A DNA stretch of 64,000 nucleotides from Candidatus Hydrogenedens sp. GTDB lineage: Bacteria > Hydrogenedentota > Hydrogenedentia > Hydrogenedentales > Hydrogenedentaceae. The translations under genes were made by a program, and so were the position numbers. The stretch lies in NCBI GenBank assembly GCA_049968235.1, contig JBMFRC010000002.1:160001-224000 (forward strand), written 5' to 3'. The stretch's first letter is position 1, and each line of letters begins with the position of its first letter. Below the pieces are notes generated by a model. The model saw only the letters and a list, made by a program, of their open reading frames with translations. It searched no databases and was not told the origin of the DNA. Of the stretch, positions 1 through 10,980 are shown piece after piece.

Positions 1-446
1 TTCAATTACGGAAATACTATCAGAAAATTTTAAAAATCTGCATTGAAAAAGATATAGAAGTTGATATGAAGCCAATTGTTGTAGACCTTCCTCGTTTACA
101 ATTGGCTCTCATTCATATCATAAAGAATGCGGAAGAAAATCTGGAATTAAAAGAGCCGAATGAGGATAATCCTCGAACAATAAAAGTAATAAGCAAAAGC
201 GATAATAATGGTATTTTTATATCTATAAAAGACAATGGACCCGTTGTTTCCACCAATGTTTTTGAAAAAATATTTGAACAATATACCACCACGAAAAATT
301 ACTATCATCTTGGTTTAGGATTATATATAGCGAACAAAGTCATCGCAGAGCATGATGGTTCATTAAAATATAGTCCCGAAATTGGCTTCTCTATATGGTT
401 ACCTTTTGATAATCCCAAAGTTTCCCAATTACATGAATCCGCATAA
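1..446 (+). CDS. Sensor histidine kinase, C-terminal HATPase_c fragment (5' partial, runs off window start)
   Basis: The reading frame is open from position 3 to the stop at 446. It carries the N-box (NAEEN), G1 (DNGPVV) and G2 (GLGLYI) motifs of the GHKL ATPase domain. Confidence 0.75.
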   Translation, partial: QLRKYYQKILKICIEKDIEVDMKPIVVDLPRLQLALIHIIKNAEENLELKEPNEDNPRTIKVISKSDNNGIFISIKDNGPVVSTNVFEKIFEQYTTTKNYYHLGLGLYIANKVIAEHDGSLKYSPEIGFSIWLPFDNPKVSQLHESA

Positions 447-1136
447 TTACATCTGACTGACTAAATAAGTAACCGTAACCGTAGATTTACAACGGACCTC
501 GGTCATAGATACGGTATCTCCCTCTTTTCTACCATCATTTTCCCATTCAATCTTATTAATTTCAATCTTTTCAACTGCAAAGATACCCCCCCGTAATGCT
601 CCAGCTCCCGCATCTGCAGGGGAATATGCATTTTCAACAGCAGAGTTTATGGCAGAACGAATAACTGCCTCTTCATTTTGTACCCGTAAATAAGGACCTT
701 TCAAATCAGCGGATAATTCATTTGCTAAATTACGCATCTTATCCCATAATTTAGCGAATAAAATCGCACCATTCTCAACAGAAACAATTCCTGCCAGAGA
801 AAAAATAGCAGTAACTCTAACCTCAATTTGAGGTTCGTCTTTTAACTCATATAAAGGTCCAACACTTTGAATTTCAACAGGACGCGGACTTTCTTCCGTA
901 AACCTTAGCCGTAATTTTGTTTCAAAATCCTGAATACATTTAAAAGCAAGGTCAAAATTATTATCTTGTGCCACATGAACAAATTGAAATTCTACATGAG
1001 TTGGAACAGCAGTAGATTCTCCCCTACCTTGAGAAACGATTCTCGCATAAGCACCTGATGCATCATCACTCCATACAGGAAAAATCAATTTCTGGAATAC
1101 AACAAAAAAAATAATTATCCAATATTTCTTATTCAT
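447..1136 (-). CDS. Secreted hypothetical protein, possibly SIMPL/DUF541-like
   Basis: ATG start with an N-terminal hydrophobic signal peptide. It is about 230 aa, and its Ala/Gly-rich C-terminal region with an IxV.G.GE...PD-type pattern weakly recalls BP26/SIMPL periplasmic proteins. Confidence 0.45.
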   Translation of the reverse strand: MNKKYWIIIFFVVFQKLIFPVWSDDASGAYARIVSQGRGESTAVPTHVEFQFVHVAQDNNFDLAFKCIQDFETKLRLRFTEESPRPVEIQSVGPLYELKDEPQIEVRVTAIFSLAGIVSVENGAILFAKLWDKMRNLANELSADLKGPYLRVQNEEAVIRSAINSAVENAYSPADAGAGALRGGIFAVEKIEINKIEWENDGRKEGDTVSMTEVRCKSTVTVTYLVSQM

Positions 1137-1154
1137 ATCTACCTCTTAAAATAA

Positions 1155-1982
1155 TTAAATTATCCCTTGTGAAAATTTTCGTTCTAATGTAAATAGTTCA
1201 TCGATTTCAAAACGGGAAGGAGCCCTTCCATATTCGCATTGCTCAAAAAATTCAACATATTCGAATGGCTTATCGTAAGTTTTCAATTCCTTCTCAAACA
1301 GGGAACGAAAGTAAAAGGAGGGCATTCTAAATAAAGAATCCCATCTCTCTTGAAGCCACTTTTTTCTATTATCTATACCTTTTGGCACCTGTTCTAATTG
1401 GTGGTCCAACCACGGAAGCCATTCATACATCTGTGAACTCATAGCATCCAGCAATTCCCATTTTTTTTCTATTACTCCGGATATGTCCACTGCAAAATTT
1501 GGACAAAACGGCGTCGGTTTTTGGAACATATCCATCATATATAAACAAAAAGGACTTTGATACAAAGCAGGGATTTCAGGGCAAAAATGGGGAACAGTTA
1601 CTAAAAATGCGGAGTCCTGAACAAGCACACCACAAGCCCTGTGGTCGGGATGATAATCACAGGGACGATGGGTAAGGACAACATCCGCATTGAGCCGACG
1701 CAACAAAGCTACAATTTCATGACGAACTTCGAGAGTAGGCATCAGAGAACCATCCGGATAATTTAATACAATGGAAGAATATCCTCCCCTTCTGGCGGAT
1801 TCTTCTGCCTCTGTCCGCCGAATTCCTTCTAATTCCTGAGGTTCTATTTCATGATGACCAATATTCCCGTTAGTAACGGACACTGCATATACTTTATGTC
1901 CTTTTTCCGACCACAAGACCATACTTCCACCTGCATACCATTCTGCATCGTCAGGGTGAGCACCGATACAGACTATATTCAT
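1155..1982 (-). CDS. PIG-L/LmbE family N-acetylglucosaminyl deacetylase
   Basis: N-terminal HPDDAE metal-binding motif and an HxxH..PDH pattern. The ATG start overlaps the downstream gene in an ATGA arrangement. Confidence 0.8.
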   Translation of the reverse strand: MNIVCIGAHPDDAEWYAGGSMVLWSEKGHKVYAVSVTNGNIGHHEIEPQELEGIRRTEAEESARRGGYSSIVLNYPDGSLMPTLEVRHEIVALLRRLNADVVLTHRPCDYHPDHRACGVLVQDSAFLVTVPHFCPEIPALYQSPFCLYMMDMFQKPTPFCPNFAVDISGVIEKKWELLDAMSSQMYEWLPWLDHQLEQVPKGIDNRKKWLQERWDSLFRMPSFYFRSLFEKELKTYDKPFEYVEFFEQCEYGRAPSRFEIDELFTLERKFSQGII

Positions 1983-2701
1983 CTTACATCTCCTTCTTTT
2001 TTCAACGTTATTCTAAGGGGATTTCCTAAAACTTCCGTCTCTTCTATGGGTTCCAAATTTTTATCATTATCAAGTATTTTTTTCGGTTCTGTAAATGGAG
2101 CATACAGAAATAACTTTGCCCGCGTATATAATAAAGTAGAAAAGCCTTCCACAGGGACATCATCCCACAAATTTACTTCAAATTTCATTGGGAACATTGT
2201 CTCCGCAGGAACAGGAATAACATTCCCGCCAACATTACCTGTAAGTACTGTTTTAAATGTACCAATTTCTTTCCCGTCCTGAATGATTTTTCCTTCCACT
2301 TTTACAGGATATTCTGTATAGTTAATCATACTCCCTGGAAGGAGATTAACCTCCACTTTCAATTTATCAGGATAAGGAGGAGGAATTTCTATCTCTATGC
2401 GAGATACTTTTCCGTGGGCTCCTTCTTCTTTCTGAATTCGGGCGTGACTGGGTATCATTTTTTCCGGAACTTGTATCAATATCTGTAAATCACTTTCAAT
2501 ATCACCAATATTCTTTTTCACATTCGTATTAATCGGGATCTCGGATGATTTATACATATCTAATACTTCTTGTTCTGAACGGGATAACCCTTGATTATCC
2601 GGCTTTTTTCTATTTTCAAAATACGAATTACATGAAGTAATACCCAATAACAAAACAATAAAGAAACATAGCAAATGATTTTTATACATTGTCCTTTCCA
2701 T
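1979..2701 (-). CDS. Hypothetical lipoprotein
   Basis: Signal peptide followed by a lipobox (LLGITSC). It is translationally coupled to the PIG-L gene by an ATGA overlap. Confidence 0.55.
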   Translation of the reverse strand: MERTMYKNHLLCFFIVLLLGITSCNSYFENRKKPDNQGLSRSEQEVLDMYKSSEIPINTNVKKNIGDIESDLQILIQVPEKMIPSHARIQKEEGAHGKVSRIEIEIPPPYPDKLKVEVNLLPGSMINYTEYPVKVEGKIIQDGKEIGTFKTVLTGNVGGNVIPVPAETMFPMKFEVNLWDDVPVEGFSTLLYTRAKLFLYAPFTEPKKILDNDKNLEPIEETEVLGNPLRITLKKEGDVR

Positions 2702-2964
2702 AAAAAACCTTACACAGAAAAATTGTAAACCATAATTTAAGTCTTCTATTAAATGAAATCATATACAATCAAACGATAAAAAAACGAATGAAGAACACTA
2801 TACGAAGTTATTATTTTATAAATTATGGGAATAGATAACAAACTTTTGACCACCAATAATTTTTTATTTTACACATACTCAATAAATTTCTTGCAAAATT
2901 ATCTTTTTTTTGCAATAATGTTATTAATAAAGGGAATAATACCCAACTGTAGAGGGTAACAGAT

Positions 2965-3969
2965 ATGAAGTTTACCGCCGATGGAACACAGAACAAGGGG
3001 AAGTTAATATTATACGGTTGGGATAATCTTTCTACAAATGATGGACCGGGTGTTCGTCTTGCTCTTTATTTCAAAGGTTGCAGTTTATCTTGTCCATGGT
3101 GCTTAAATCCTTTTATTCAAAAGGTAACTCCTGAGATTCGTTGGAAAAACACAAATTGTATTCATGACCTTGAATGCGTAAAAGAATGCAAAGAAAATGC
3201 TATTCGAAGTATTAAAAATACTATTGTCATTGATGAAGAAAAATGCAATTTTTGTGGCGCTTGCTGGGAAGTGTGTAAAAGAGAATGTCTGAAACCTGCT
3301 GGGGATTATATCTCTCTTGAACAAATTGTTTCCTTAGTCGAGTATGAAATTAATCTTCAAATTCCCCCACGAAATATAACCTTAGGAGGTGGTGAACCCT
3401 TACTTCAAGGGTATCCAATAGTCCATTTATTGGAAATTTTGAGAACTCTTTCTATCAACCACATTCTTCTTACCAGTTGTGCCGGTGTGTATAATCGGGA
3501 ATTGTGGCAAGAGGCCCTCAATCATATGGATGGAATACTTCTTCAATTGTTCACGGTAGATAAAAATGTATGGGAAAGTGTAAGCAATGTGCCTTTTGAA
3601 GTATATCTTCGTAATTTACACGACCTTGCCCTATCGGGAAAACCTGTTTATATTCGTATTCCGATTGTCCCCGGTTTTACTAATGCCCCCGAGACGATAT
3701 ATAACCTTTGTCTATTTATAAAAGAATCACTCCCTTACACAAAACAGGTTGAATTTCGTGGGTATGTTCCCAATTCTTCTTTCAAAAATCCCCTTTTTTC
3801 GTTAAAAGATAACGATATAACTTCGGAAGAAATAATCAAACTGTGCTTATTAGCACAGGAAATAGGCTTAAAAGAGACTCATTGGCGGGGTAACTTACGG
3901 AGTCTTGATAATGCCCCCTTAAACTACTCAGTATCAGAAAATAAAATGAATTTGGAAAAAGATATTTGA
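2965..3969 (+). CDS. Glycyl-radical enzyme activating protein family (radical SAM with a ferredoxin-like insert)
   Basis: CxxxCxxC motif (GCSLSCPWC) plus two additional Cys clusters (CIHDLECVKEC, CNFCGACWEVC), typical of PflA-like GRE activases. A GAGGGT Shine-Dalgarno lies 7 nt upstream of the ATG. Confidence 0.7.
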   Translation: MKFTADGTQNKGKLILYGWDNLSTNDGPGVRLALYFKGCSLSCPWCLNPFIQKVTPEIRWKNTNCIHDLECVKECKENAIRSIKNTIVIDEEKCNFCGACWEVCKRECLKPAGDYISLEQIVSLVEYEINLQIPPRNITLGGGEPLLQGYPIVHLLEILRTLSINHILLTSCAGVYNRELWQEALNHMDGILLQLFTVDKNVWESVSNVPFEVYLRNLHDLALSGKPVYIRIPIVPGFTNAPETIYNLCLFIKESLPYTKQVEFRGYVPNSSFKNPLFSLKDNDITSEEIIKLCLLAQEIGLKETHWRGNLRSLDNAPLNYSVSENKMNLEKDI

Positions 3970-4004
3970 AGGTTATTCCCTTTACCCTTAAATCCATAAA
4001 AAAG

Positions 4005-4078
4005 TGGGCCCTGCAGGACTCGAACCTGCGACCAAGTGATTATGAGTCACCTGCTCTGACCTACTGAGCTAAGGGCCC
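4005..4078 (-). tRNA. tRNA-Met (anticodon CAT), elongator-type (or tRNA-Ile2/lysidine)
   Basis: The reverse complement folds as a cloverleaf with a 7-bp acceptor stem (GGGCCCT/AGGGCCC), D arm, anticodon loop CTCATAA and a GTTCGAGTC T-loop. The G1-C72 pair argues against an initiator tRNA. CCA is not encoded. Confidence 0.85.
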
Positions 4079-4118
4079 CTAAAACAAATAATTGCAACAA
4101 TTATTTTACCAATTTTCG

Positions 4119-5813
4119 TTATTTTATGCAACTTTCAATGAAGGGGAGCAATTCTCGTGCCCGCCATGTATGTCTTAATTTTCGTATGGCTTTTGCTTCA
4201 ATTTGTCGGACACGCTCACGGGTAACATTAAAAACACTCCCCACTTCTTCCAATGTTCGTGCAAATCCATCACCCAATCCCCAACGCAACCGAATAACTT
4301 TCTCTTCTCGTTCTGTTAATGTCTTCAAAACTTCATTTATTTTATCAATAAATAGGCGATGTTGTGTTGTATCGGATGGATTTTCAACATTTTCATCTTC
4401 AATAAAATCACCGAATGTGGTATCGCCATCATCACCGATAGGAGTTTCCAAACTCATGGGGTCTTGTGATATTTTTCGGATAGAATGGACGCGTTCAACA
4501 GGTAGTTCCATCTCATCAGCAATCTCTTCTACATTAGGTTCTCGTCCAAATTTCTGAATTAGACTCCGATTGGCTCTTGCCAGTTTATTAATAGATTCTA
4601 TCATGTGAACAGGAATACGAATGGTTCGTGCCTGGTCTGCTATAGCACGGGTAATCGCCTGTCGTATCCACCATGTTGCATAGGTACTGAATTTATATCC
4701 TCGCCAGTATTCAAACTTATCTACCGCTTTAATCAGTCCAATGTTTCCCTCCTGAATCAGGTCCTCAAAAGACATGCCTCGATTTGTATATTTTTTAGCA
4801 ATACTTACAACCAGACGAAGGTTGGCTTCTACTAACTTTTGTTTCGTTTCATTTATCTTTTCTTCTTTCTCGCGAACCGTTTTAATAAGTTCAGAAATTT
4901 GGTCAAGATTCATTTGTGCATCGCGTTGAATTTGATTAATTTTCGCTCTTGCCATCTCAAGTCGTTGGGCACACTCATAAAGATACATAGCATCCTGGTC
5001 TCTCTTACTCTTTCTTCCACGACCGGAATGGGCTTTTTTAATAATCTCATCCGCGGTTAAACCAAATTCATGTTCCAATTGAACAATTTCATCCCGCGCA
5101 CTTAGAATGCGTCGTTCTAATGCTTTAATTTTCCTACCAATTTTAACAATTTCTCTCGCACATAACGGGAAATTACTCAATATTTGATACTGCTTCTCTT
5201 TCAATTCTTGAATTTGTTTCTGTAATGTTTCAATATATTGAATTTTCCCTTTTTGCTTTGCTTTTTTTCGTGTTAATTTTTCAAGTTTCTTCTCCAGTGC
5301 TTGTATTTGTTGACGAATAACCGCTAATTGGTCTGCACTTTGCAATAACTGCTTCTTTAGTTTTTCCATCTTTGCATTTTCACCGCATTCAATTACACGC
5401 GAAGGGTCTAATCGCCCGGAACGGATACGGGTAGCAATCAGGAAAAACTCATGCACTGTGTAGGGGGCACTTAACAAAACCCGAACTAATTCCTTTTCTG
5501 CCTCTTCTATATTCTTTGCAATACCTACTTCTTTTTCTTTCGTTAATAAAGGCACTTTCCCCATCGCTCTTAGATAAACACGGATACCCTCATCCGGTCG
5601 AGAAGGTGTTTTTAATACCTCTGCTTTTTGAGCATCATCAGGGACTACTGCACCTTTTAACAGAGGTGCTTTTTCGTAACCCAAAGCACGTAAAGTTTCG
5701 CTCGGGCTTTCGTGAGCGTCATAAAGCAATTCCAGAATAGAAGCCTCTTCCTCTTTCGGAATTGTGCTATCCATGTCCTTACGCATTTTCAAAACCTTCT
5801 GTTTTGTCGCCAT
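4119..5813 (-). CDS. rpoD: RNA polymerase sigma factor RpoD (sigma-70)
   Basis: Regions 1.2 through 4 are conserved ([31 protein letters not shown], the 4.2 HTH). The ATG at 5813 is preceded by GAGGTG at 7 nt. The ORF-track GTG at 5822 is probably part of that Shine-Dalgarno and the dnaG stop. Confidence 0.93.
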   Translation of the reverse strand: MATKQKVLKMRKDMDSTIPKEEEASILELLYDAHESPSETLRALGYEKAPLLKGAVVPDDAQKAEVLKTPSRPDEGIRVYLRAMGKVPLLTKEKEVGIAKNIEEAEKELVRVLLSAPYTVHEFFLIATRIRSGRLDPSRVIECGENAKMEKLKKQLLQSADQLAVIRQQIQALEKKLEKLTRKKAKQKGKIQYIETLQKQIQELKEKQYQILSNFPLCAREIVKIGRKIKALERRILSARDEIVQLEHEFGLTADEIIKKAHSGRGRKSKRDQDAMYLYECAQRLEMARAKINQIQRDAQMNLDQISELIKTVREKEEKINETKQKLVEANLRLVVSIAKKYTNRGMSFEDLIQEGNIGLIKAVDKFEYWRGYKFSTYATWWIRQAITRAIADQARTIRIPVHMIESINKLARANRSLIQKFGREPNVEEIADEMELPVERVHSIRKISQDPMSLETPIGDDGDTTFGDFIEDENVENPSDTTQHRLFIDKINEVLKTLTEREEKVIRLRWGLGDGFARTLEEVGSVFNVTRERVRQIEAKAIRKLRHTWRARELLPFIESCIK

Positions 5814-5818
5814 ATGTT

Positions 5819-7585
5819 TCACCTCTTGCCTTTTATTTGAATACTAGATAATTGGCTTCTCTTAGTGATTAATTCCTTCTGAATACTTAAAAGTTTCATT
5901 AATCTCTCTTTTTGTTGTTGTTTTTCAGCTTCTTGAATTTGTCGTTGGACAGAACCAATTCGTTGATTTATATATTCAATATGCAGTCGGTTTAATCGCT
6001 CCTCCGCCAATGTAGTTATGTCATCATTGATAGGTTCAGACAACAATACTTTTTGAAGAAGATTTTTCCCTTCGCTTTCTTCCATAAAACGCGGGTCAGG
6101 GTCTTCATTTTCTAATATATATTTTACTGCCGTACCTAAAGGCGTTTCGGGCAACGGAATTTCCTGAAAAAGCCGTTTCGCCTGCATTTTTATCTGTTTA
6201 TTATTTATTAGTGCATGCAAAAAATCTATATCATCTACTGAAACATTTTCCTGAGGAGAATTATTCATTTGACTACGAACCGAATAATTATTTTTCAGAT
6301 ATTGTTCATAATCGCTTTTTACTGCCCAAAAACTTATCCGGAGAGCAGATGCAATCTCTTTTAGGAACTCTTCTTTTATCGCATTTTCTTCCATAATAGA
6401 AATAAGACGGAATAATTCACTCAAAACTGTAATTTTCCCTTGAGGGGTGGCTAAAAGATTTTGTTTTTGTTGCAGGTAAAAGGTAAAGAAAGGAGAGGCA
6501 GAAGAAATCCTTTCTTCCCATTCAGAAACTGGATTACTCTGTAAAAAATCATCCGGGTCTTTACCATCAGGAAGAGCCACAGCAGAAACAGATAATCCCG
6601 ATTGGAGTAGAACGGAAGTTGCCCGGATAGATGCTGAAAGCCCTGCTTCATCGCCATCATATACAATTATCACCTTCGGAGCAAATCGTTTCATTAGATT
6701 TGCCTGGCCAGCAGTCAAAGCAGTTCCGCAAGTAGCCACAACATTTCGTATCCCAGATTGAAAACATTTCAACACATCTATATACCCCTCCACCAGAATT
6801 ACATTTTCATAAGAACGAATGGCTTCTTTCCCTTCCCACAATCCATAAAGGACTTTATTTTTTTGATAAATTTCTGTTTCCGGCAGATTTATATATTTAG
6901 GACCTTCCCCTGTTATTTCTCTACCGCCAAACGATATTACTTTACCTTCAATATTGCGTATTGGGAAAAGAATTCGGTTCCGGAAAAAGTCATAATATCT
7001 TCCATCATCTCTACCGGAACGAATTAAACCACTTCTTAATAATAATTGTTCTGGAAAACCTTTCGATTTTAAAAACCGGTACAGAGCATATCCATCTGCA
7101 GGGGCAAAACCAAGTTTGAATTCCTCCTGAATTTCAGAGGATATATTTCTTTTCTTCAAATATTCCAGGGCAATTTTCCCATTCAAAGATTTTGTCAGTT
7201 GATTGCGATAAAATTCAACGGATAATTCAATTATCTGGAAAAGTGTTTTTCTATCATTCTGCTCTGGAGAACGTTCTTTTGAGGAATAATTGGATTTCGG
7301 TAGACGAATACCCGCCTCATCTGCAAGAATTTCCAATGCATCCTTGAAAGATACATTTTGAATATCTTTCAGGAAAGATACCGCATCTCCTCCTTTTCCA
7401 CAGCCAAAACAATAATAAATTTGACGGGATTTAGAAACTGTAAAAGAAGGAGTTTTCTCTGTATGAAAAGGACAGAGAGCCACATAACGGTCTGAACCTG
7501 CGGGTTTTAATTCACAATAAGTTGACACGAGTTTTACTATATCTGTTGAGTTTAATACTTGCTCAATTATATGACGAGGATACAA
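5819..7585 (-). CDS. dnaG: DNA primase DnaG
   Basis: CHC2 zinc finger ([11 protein letters not shown]...CFGCG) and a TOPRIM domain (EGYIDV, DGDEAG). It has a TTG start and sits in the conserved dnaG-rpoD operon arrangement. Confidence 0.9.
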   Translation of the reverse strand: MYPRHIIEQVLNSTDIVKLVSTYCELKPAGSDRYVALCPFHTEKTPSFTVSKSRQIYYCFGCGKGGDAVSFLKDIQNVSFKDALEILADEAGIRLPKSNYSSKERSPEQNDRKTLFQIIELSVEFYRNQLTKSLNGKIALEYLKKRNISSEIQEEFKLGFAPADGYALYRFLKSKGFPEQLLLRSGLIRSGRDDGRYYDFFRNRILFPIRNIEGKVISFGGREITGEGPKYINLPETEIYQKNKVLYGLWEGKEAIRSYENVILVEGYIDVLKCFQSGIRNVVATCGTALTAGQANLMKRFAPKVIIVYDGDEAGLSASIRATSVLLQSGLSVSAVALPDGKDPDDFLQSNPVSEWEERISSASPFFTFYLQQKQNLLATPQGKITVLSELFRLISIMEENAIKEEFLKEIASALRISFWAVKSDYEQYLKNNYSVRSQMNNSPQENVSVDDIDFLHALINNKQIKMQAKRLFQEIPLPETPLGTAVKYILENEDPDPRFMEESEGKNLLQKVLLSEPINDDITTLAEERLNRLHIEYINQRIGSVQRQIQEAEKQQQKERLMKLLSIQKELITKRSQLSSIQIKGKR

Positions 7586-7745
7586 GGGTAGAACTAACCT
7601 TTTTGTTGAGGACTGTCATTTCTGTTTCCAAAGACAGAATTACCCCAATTTTGTCAAGTACTTTTATTTTACCACAAATAGACCTAAAATGCAACTTCCA
7701 CAAGTAAAAATCCATTTTAATAACGATATCACTTACTCAAAAAAT

Positions 7746-9938
7746 CTATTTGGATGAAATAGGACAGGGTATTCGTTTATATTTCTCCGGGAGTTTGACC
7801 CATTCTTCATCACCAAATAAGCCTATCTTAGAGGCATCAATGGGTTGAAATCCTATACGAAAAGCGGGCGAATCTTCTTTCAATCGGAAATTGCACTTAT
7901 CCGGATTTTCAAACAGAGGGTCTGCAATAATGCTATTAACATCAAATCCATCTTCCTGCCATTGTTTGAATGTTTTATTCTTAAACATTACATCTTTCCC
8001 TGACGCATTCCAGTAACAGTTCTTGTCCATCTGCCATTTCTTATTTGTCCAGTTGCTACCCAATAATTGGTCATTATTGTAATAAACAATATTTCTCTCA
8101 AATATAAACGATATGTGGTCTTCTTCTCGACTACGGATAATCTGTTCCCTTGCAGATAATGCGAAGATATTATTTATCACACGATTTTCACGACCATAAT
8201 GTTGATGGAAATTCCCTGTTAATGTGTGATGAACGATATTGTTTTCTAAAACGATGTAAGAACTTCCTTCATCCGTATATAATCCCCATCCTCCGTATTG
8301 TTCCGGGTCACACATAATATCGTGAATATGATTGTTCTTTAATTCTGTGCCAGGTGAAACTCCCAGTGTATAAATACCCCCCATATCCGCCAATTGAGCC
8401 TTTCCTATATTATGGATATGATTATATTCCACAATATTGTGATGTGCGGAACTGGGGTTATATCCCCAACACCATCCCACAGACACTCCAGAGTAACGAA
8501 AATCGCAAATTTCATTATGCGCTACGCGATTATACGAACTGCGACCTATCCATATACCGATACCCGCACGCAAAAATCGCCCACCTTCATGTATAAAACA
8601 ATTCTCCACCGTATTATATCCACACCCTGTTGCTCCTAATTCTTTATACATATATAGATTTTTCTCTTCTACAGTGGAAGGACCCGGGGTACTGTCCGTC
8701 TCTGCATTTGCAGTCTCTCCAATTTTAATTCCTCCTGCTCCCATATCATACAGATGACATTGTCGAATAGTATTATTTTGTGAGCCTGAACGCCACCATA
8801 GGGCATAATTACTCACATGTTGAATTGTACACTTCTCAAAAAAGCAATATTGTGCTCCTGTTCCCTGAATAGCACCGGGGACAGAAACCTCTGCTTGTGG
8901 GTCTGCTTGTCCCCGTTCCCCTATCCGAAAATCAGTAAAAGCAAACTCAATCCCTTTAAAAACAATATGTTCCACAAATTTATTTTCAGTGGGTATTCCC
9001 TCAAACAAAAGCAATTGTTCTACCACTGGGACAATAACTTCCGCAGAAGTCATATCCTCTTCGGGTAAAGGAATGTAATAAAGTTTTCCTTTTTCCCGGT
9101 CAAGATACCATTCCCCCGGTTTATCCAGTCCCTCTAAAAGATGTTCGATATAGAACCGCTGTCCTTCCGAAAAAATAACACCAAACCAAAAATTCTTCGG
9201 CACATTTAGATACACACACTTTTCATTTGTATCCACAGAACGAATAGGCAGTAGTGGAACTGCCCATTTGCAAAAAAGGACACAATAACTGCCTTTTAAT
9301 GTTTCCCAATTTTGAATGGGGTCTTTTTCATCATAAAAAACTTTTAGTGTTCCGGGCTGTTCTTCACTCTCAGGAACATATTCATATTTTTTTGCAGTGA
9401 AAAATTCTTGTTTAGAAGGATAATCTCCAAATGGATTTGTACAATCAGGGATACGAGCAGGTTGTCTACGTTCTCCATTAACCCATAAGGAATTAAATAC
9501 TAATTCCCCAATATTTTGCAATTGAATATCTGCTACATACCTATTGTCTTCCTTCTTCCATGATGTAATTTTCACTCCGCCTGAGATTAGAGGTTTTTCA
9601 TTATTGTAATTTTCAAATATTGTTGGGGCGTCTTTCTTACCTGAATGTTCAGGTTTTATAACGATAGGTGTACTTATAAAATAAGTTCCTCCTCTCAAAA
9701 CAACTCTTACTGTTTTTTCTACAGCACCTGAACTACGAATATCCTTAACTTTCTCCAGTGCCTTTTGAATAGTGGCTAAAGGACCATCTGTTTTATTTTC
9801 ATTTGCTTGTGGAAGCGTCCCAGACCATGTATCATTCCCTTCCGGTGAAACATATACAAATACTTCATTACTATTTTGTGCAAAACTCGCAAGAGAAATT
9901 AACAAAATCACACAGGAAAACATCAATAAATTTTTCAT
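7746..9938 (-). CDS. Secreted right-handed parallel beta-helix repeat protein (pectate-lyase-fold, probable polysaccharide-active enzyme)
   Basis: Signal peptide, N-terminal GNDxxxG(T) motif and repeated NNxIHx / NNIVHH beta-helix rungs. An AAGGAG Shine-Dalgarno precedes the ATG. Confidence 0.7.
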   Translation of the reverse strand: MKNLLMFSCVILLISLASFAQNSNEVFVYVSPEGNDTWSGTLPQANENKTDGPLATIQKALEKVKDIRSSGAVEKTVRVVLRGGTYFISTPIVIKPEHSGKKDAPTIFENYNNEKPLISGGVKITSWKKEDNRYVADIQLQNIGELVFNSLWVNGERRQPARIPDCTNPFGDYPSKQEFFTAKKYEYVPESEEQPGTLKVFYDEKDPIQNWETLKGSYCVLFCKWAVPLLPIRSVDTNEKCVYLNVPKNFWFGVIFSEGQRFYIEHLLEGLDKPGEWYLDREKGKLYYIPLPEEDMTSAEVIVPVVEQLLLFEGIPTENKFVEHIVFKGIEFAFTDFRIGERGQADPQAEVSVPGAIQGTGAQYCFFEKCTIQHVSNYALWWRSGSQNNTIRQCHLYDMGAGGIKIGETANAETDSTPGPSTVEEKNLYMYKELGATGCGYNTVENCFIHEGGRFLRAGIGIWIGRSSYNRVAHNEICDFRYSGVSVGWCWGYNPSSAHHNIVEYNHIHNIGKAQLADMGGIYTLGVSPGTELKNNHIHDIMCDPEQYGGWGLYTDEGSSYIVLENNIVHHTLTGNFHQHYGRENRVINNIFALSAREQIIRSREEDHISFIFERNIVYYNNDQLLGSNWTNKKWQMDKNCYWNASGKDVMFKNKTFKQWQEDGFDVNSIIADPLFENPDKCNFRLKEDSPAFRIGFQPIDASKIGLFGDEEWVKLPEKYKRIPCPISSK

Positions 9939-10120
9939 ATCTTATCTCCTTATTCTTTTATTAAGACGCAATTAATATTACCTTAATAAACACTTTATTT
10001 GTCAATATCCCATTTCCAAATATAGAGTATTCTAATATCATAATCATAAAATTTGATATAATTAGACCTTCTTTATTATCCCTCAATGAAAAATTAAACA
10101 GTTTTTTGGGGAGTATTATT

Positions 10121-10963
10121 ATGTCAGAACATCAGAATTTTTTGCCCGGAACTGAAATAGAAATTCTTAATCCGAATATCGAGTTAGGGAAAATTAAACA
10201 TATCCTTTTTGATTTTGATGGGACAATTAGTTTACTTCGGGAAGGTTGGCAAAATATTATGGGACCCATGTGTGTTGAAATGATTTGTGGAGGACATAAA
10301 CCCACTCCAGAAATTGAGAAAGAAGTGGCAGATATGATTGATGAAACTACAGGAATTCAAACCATTTTCCAGATGCAGAGATTGGTAGAAATGGTTAAAG
10401 CACATGGCTTGGTCCCAGAAGATAAGATTTTAGATGAGTGGGGCTATAAAGCCATTTACAATGAACGATTGCTTATGCCCGTTCGGGAACGAATCCAAAA
10501 ATTGAAAAATGGGAAGGTAACATTAGAACAAATGACCGTTCGAAAAGTGTTTTGTTTTTTAGAAGAATTAAAGAAAAGAAATGTTACAATGTATGTATTC
10601 AGTGGCACAGACAGAGAAGATGTTCAGCATGAGGCAAGTGTTTTAGGTGCAGATAAATATTTTGCAGAAATATGGGGAGCCTTACCCAGTATTGAGGAAT
10701 ATTCGAAAGAAAAAGTAATTCGCGAGATTATTTCAACCCATAATTTGCATGGACCGGAAGTTATGGCTGTAGGGGATGGACCTGTAGAATTAAGAAATGT
10801 CAAAGAACAGGGAGGGATTGCTTTAGGCGTGGCTTCGGATGAGAAAAAAGGTTACGGTTGGGATATGCATAAGAGAAAAAGATTATTGCGGGCAGGTGCT
10901 GATATCCTTATTCCTGATTTCAGTGAATATGATAGACTTATAAAATATTTGTTTTGTGAGTAA
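10121..10963 (+). CDS. HAD superfamily hydrolase
   Basis: Motif I FDFDGT near the N-terminus and a C-terminal GDGxxD motif (VGDGPVE). A GGGGAG Shine-Dalgarno precedes the ATG at 10121. The track start at 10106 is TTG. Confidence 0.7.
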   Translation: MSEHQNFLPGTEIEILNPNIELGKIKHILFDFDGTISLLREGWQNIMGPMCVEMICGGHKPTPEIEKEVADMIDETTGIQTIFQMQRLVEMVKAHGLVPEDKILDEWGYKAIYNERLLMPVRERIQKLKNGKVTLEQMTVRKVFCFLEELKKRNVTMYVFSGTDREDVQHEASVLGADKYFAEIWGALPSIEEYSKEKVIREIISTHNLHGPEVMAVGDGPVELRNVKEQGGIALGVASDEKKGYGWDMHKRKRLLRAGADILIPDFSEYDRLIKYLFCE

Positions 10964-10980
10964 TAATTCTCAAAAAAGTA

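Noticed and set aside
4005-4078. The tRNA with CAT anticodon could be an initiator tRNA-fMet.
   Set aside because: Positions 1-72 form a Watson-Crick G-C pair, and the anticodon stem lacks the three consecutive G-C pairs typical of bacterial initiators. It is more consistent with elongator Met or tRNA-Ile(LAU).
10106-10120. N-terminal extensions given by the ORF track for the HAD gene and for many others (15834, 21905, 26458, 29962, 38346, 56479, 5822).
   Set aside because: Each begins with TTG or GTG and lacks an RBS. In-frame ATG codons shortly downstream are preceded by GGAG/AGGAG-type Shine-Dalgarno motifs at 6-10 nt and give sensible N-termini (signal peptides, a TAT motif, GxGxxG).
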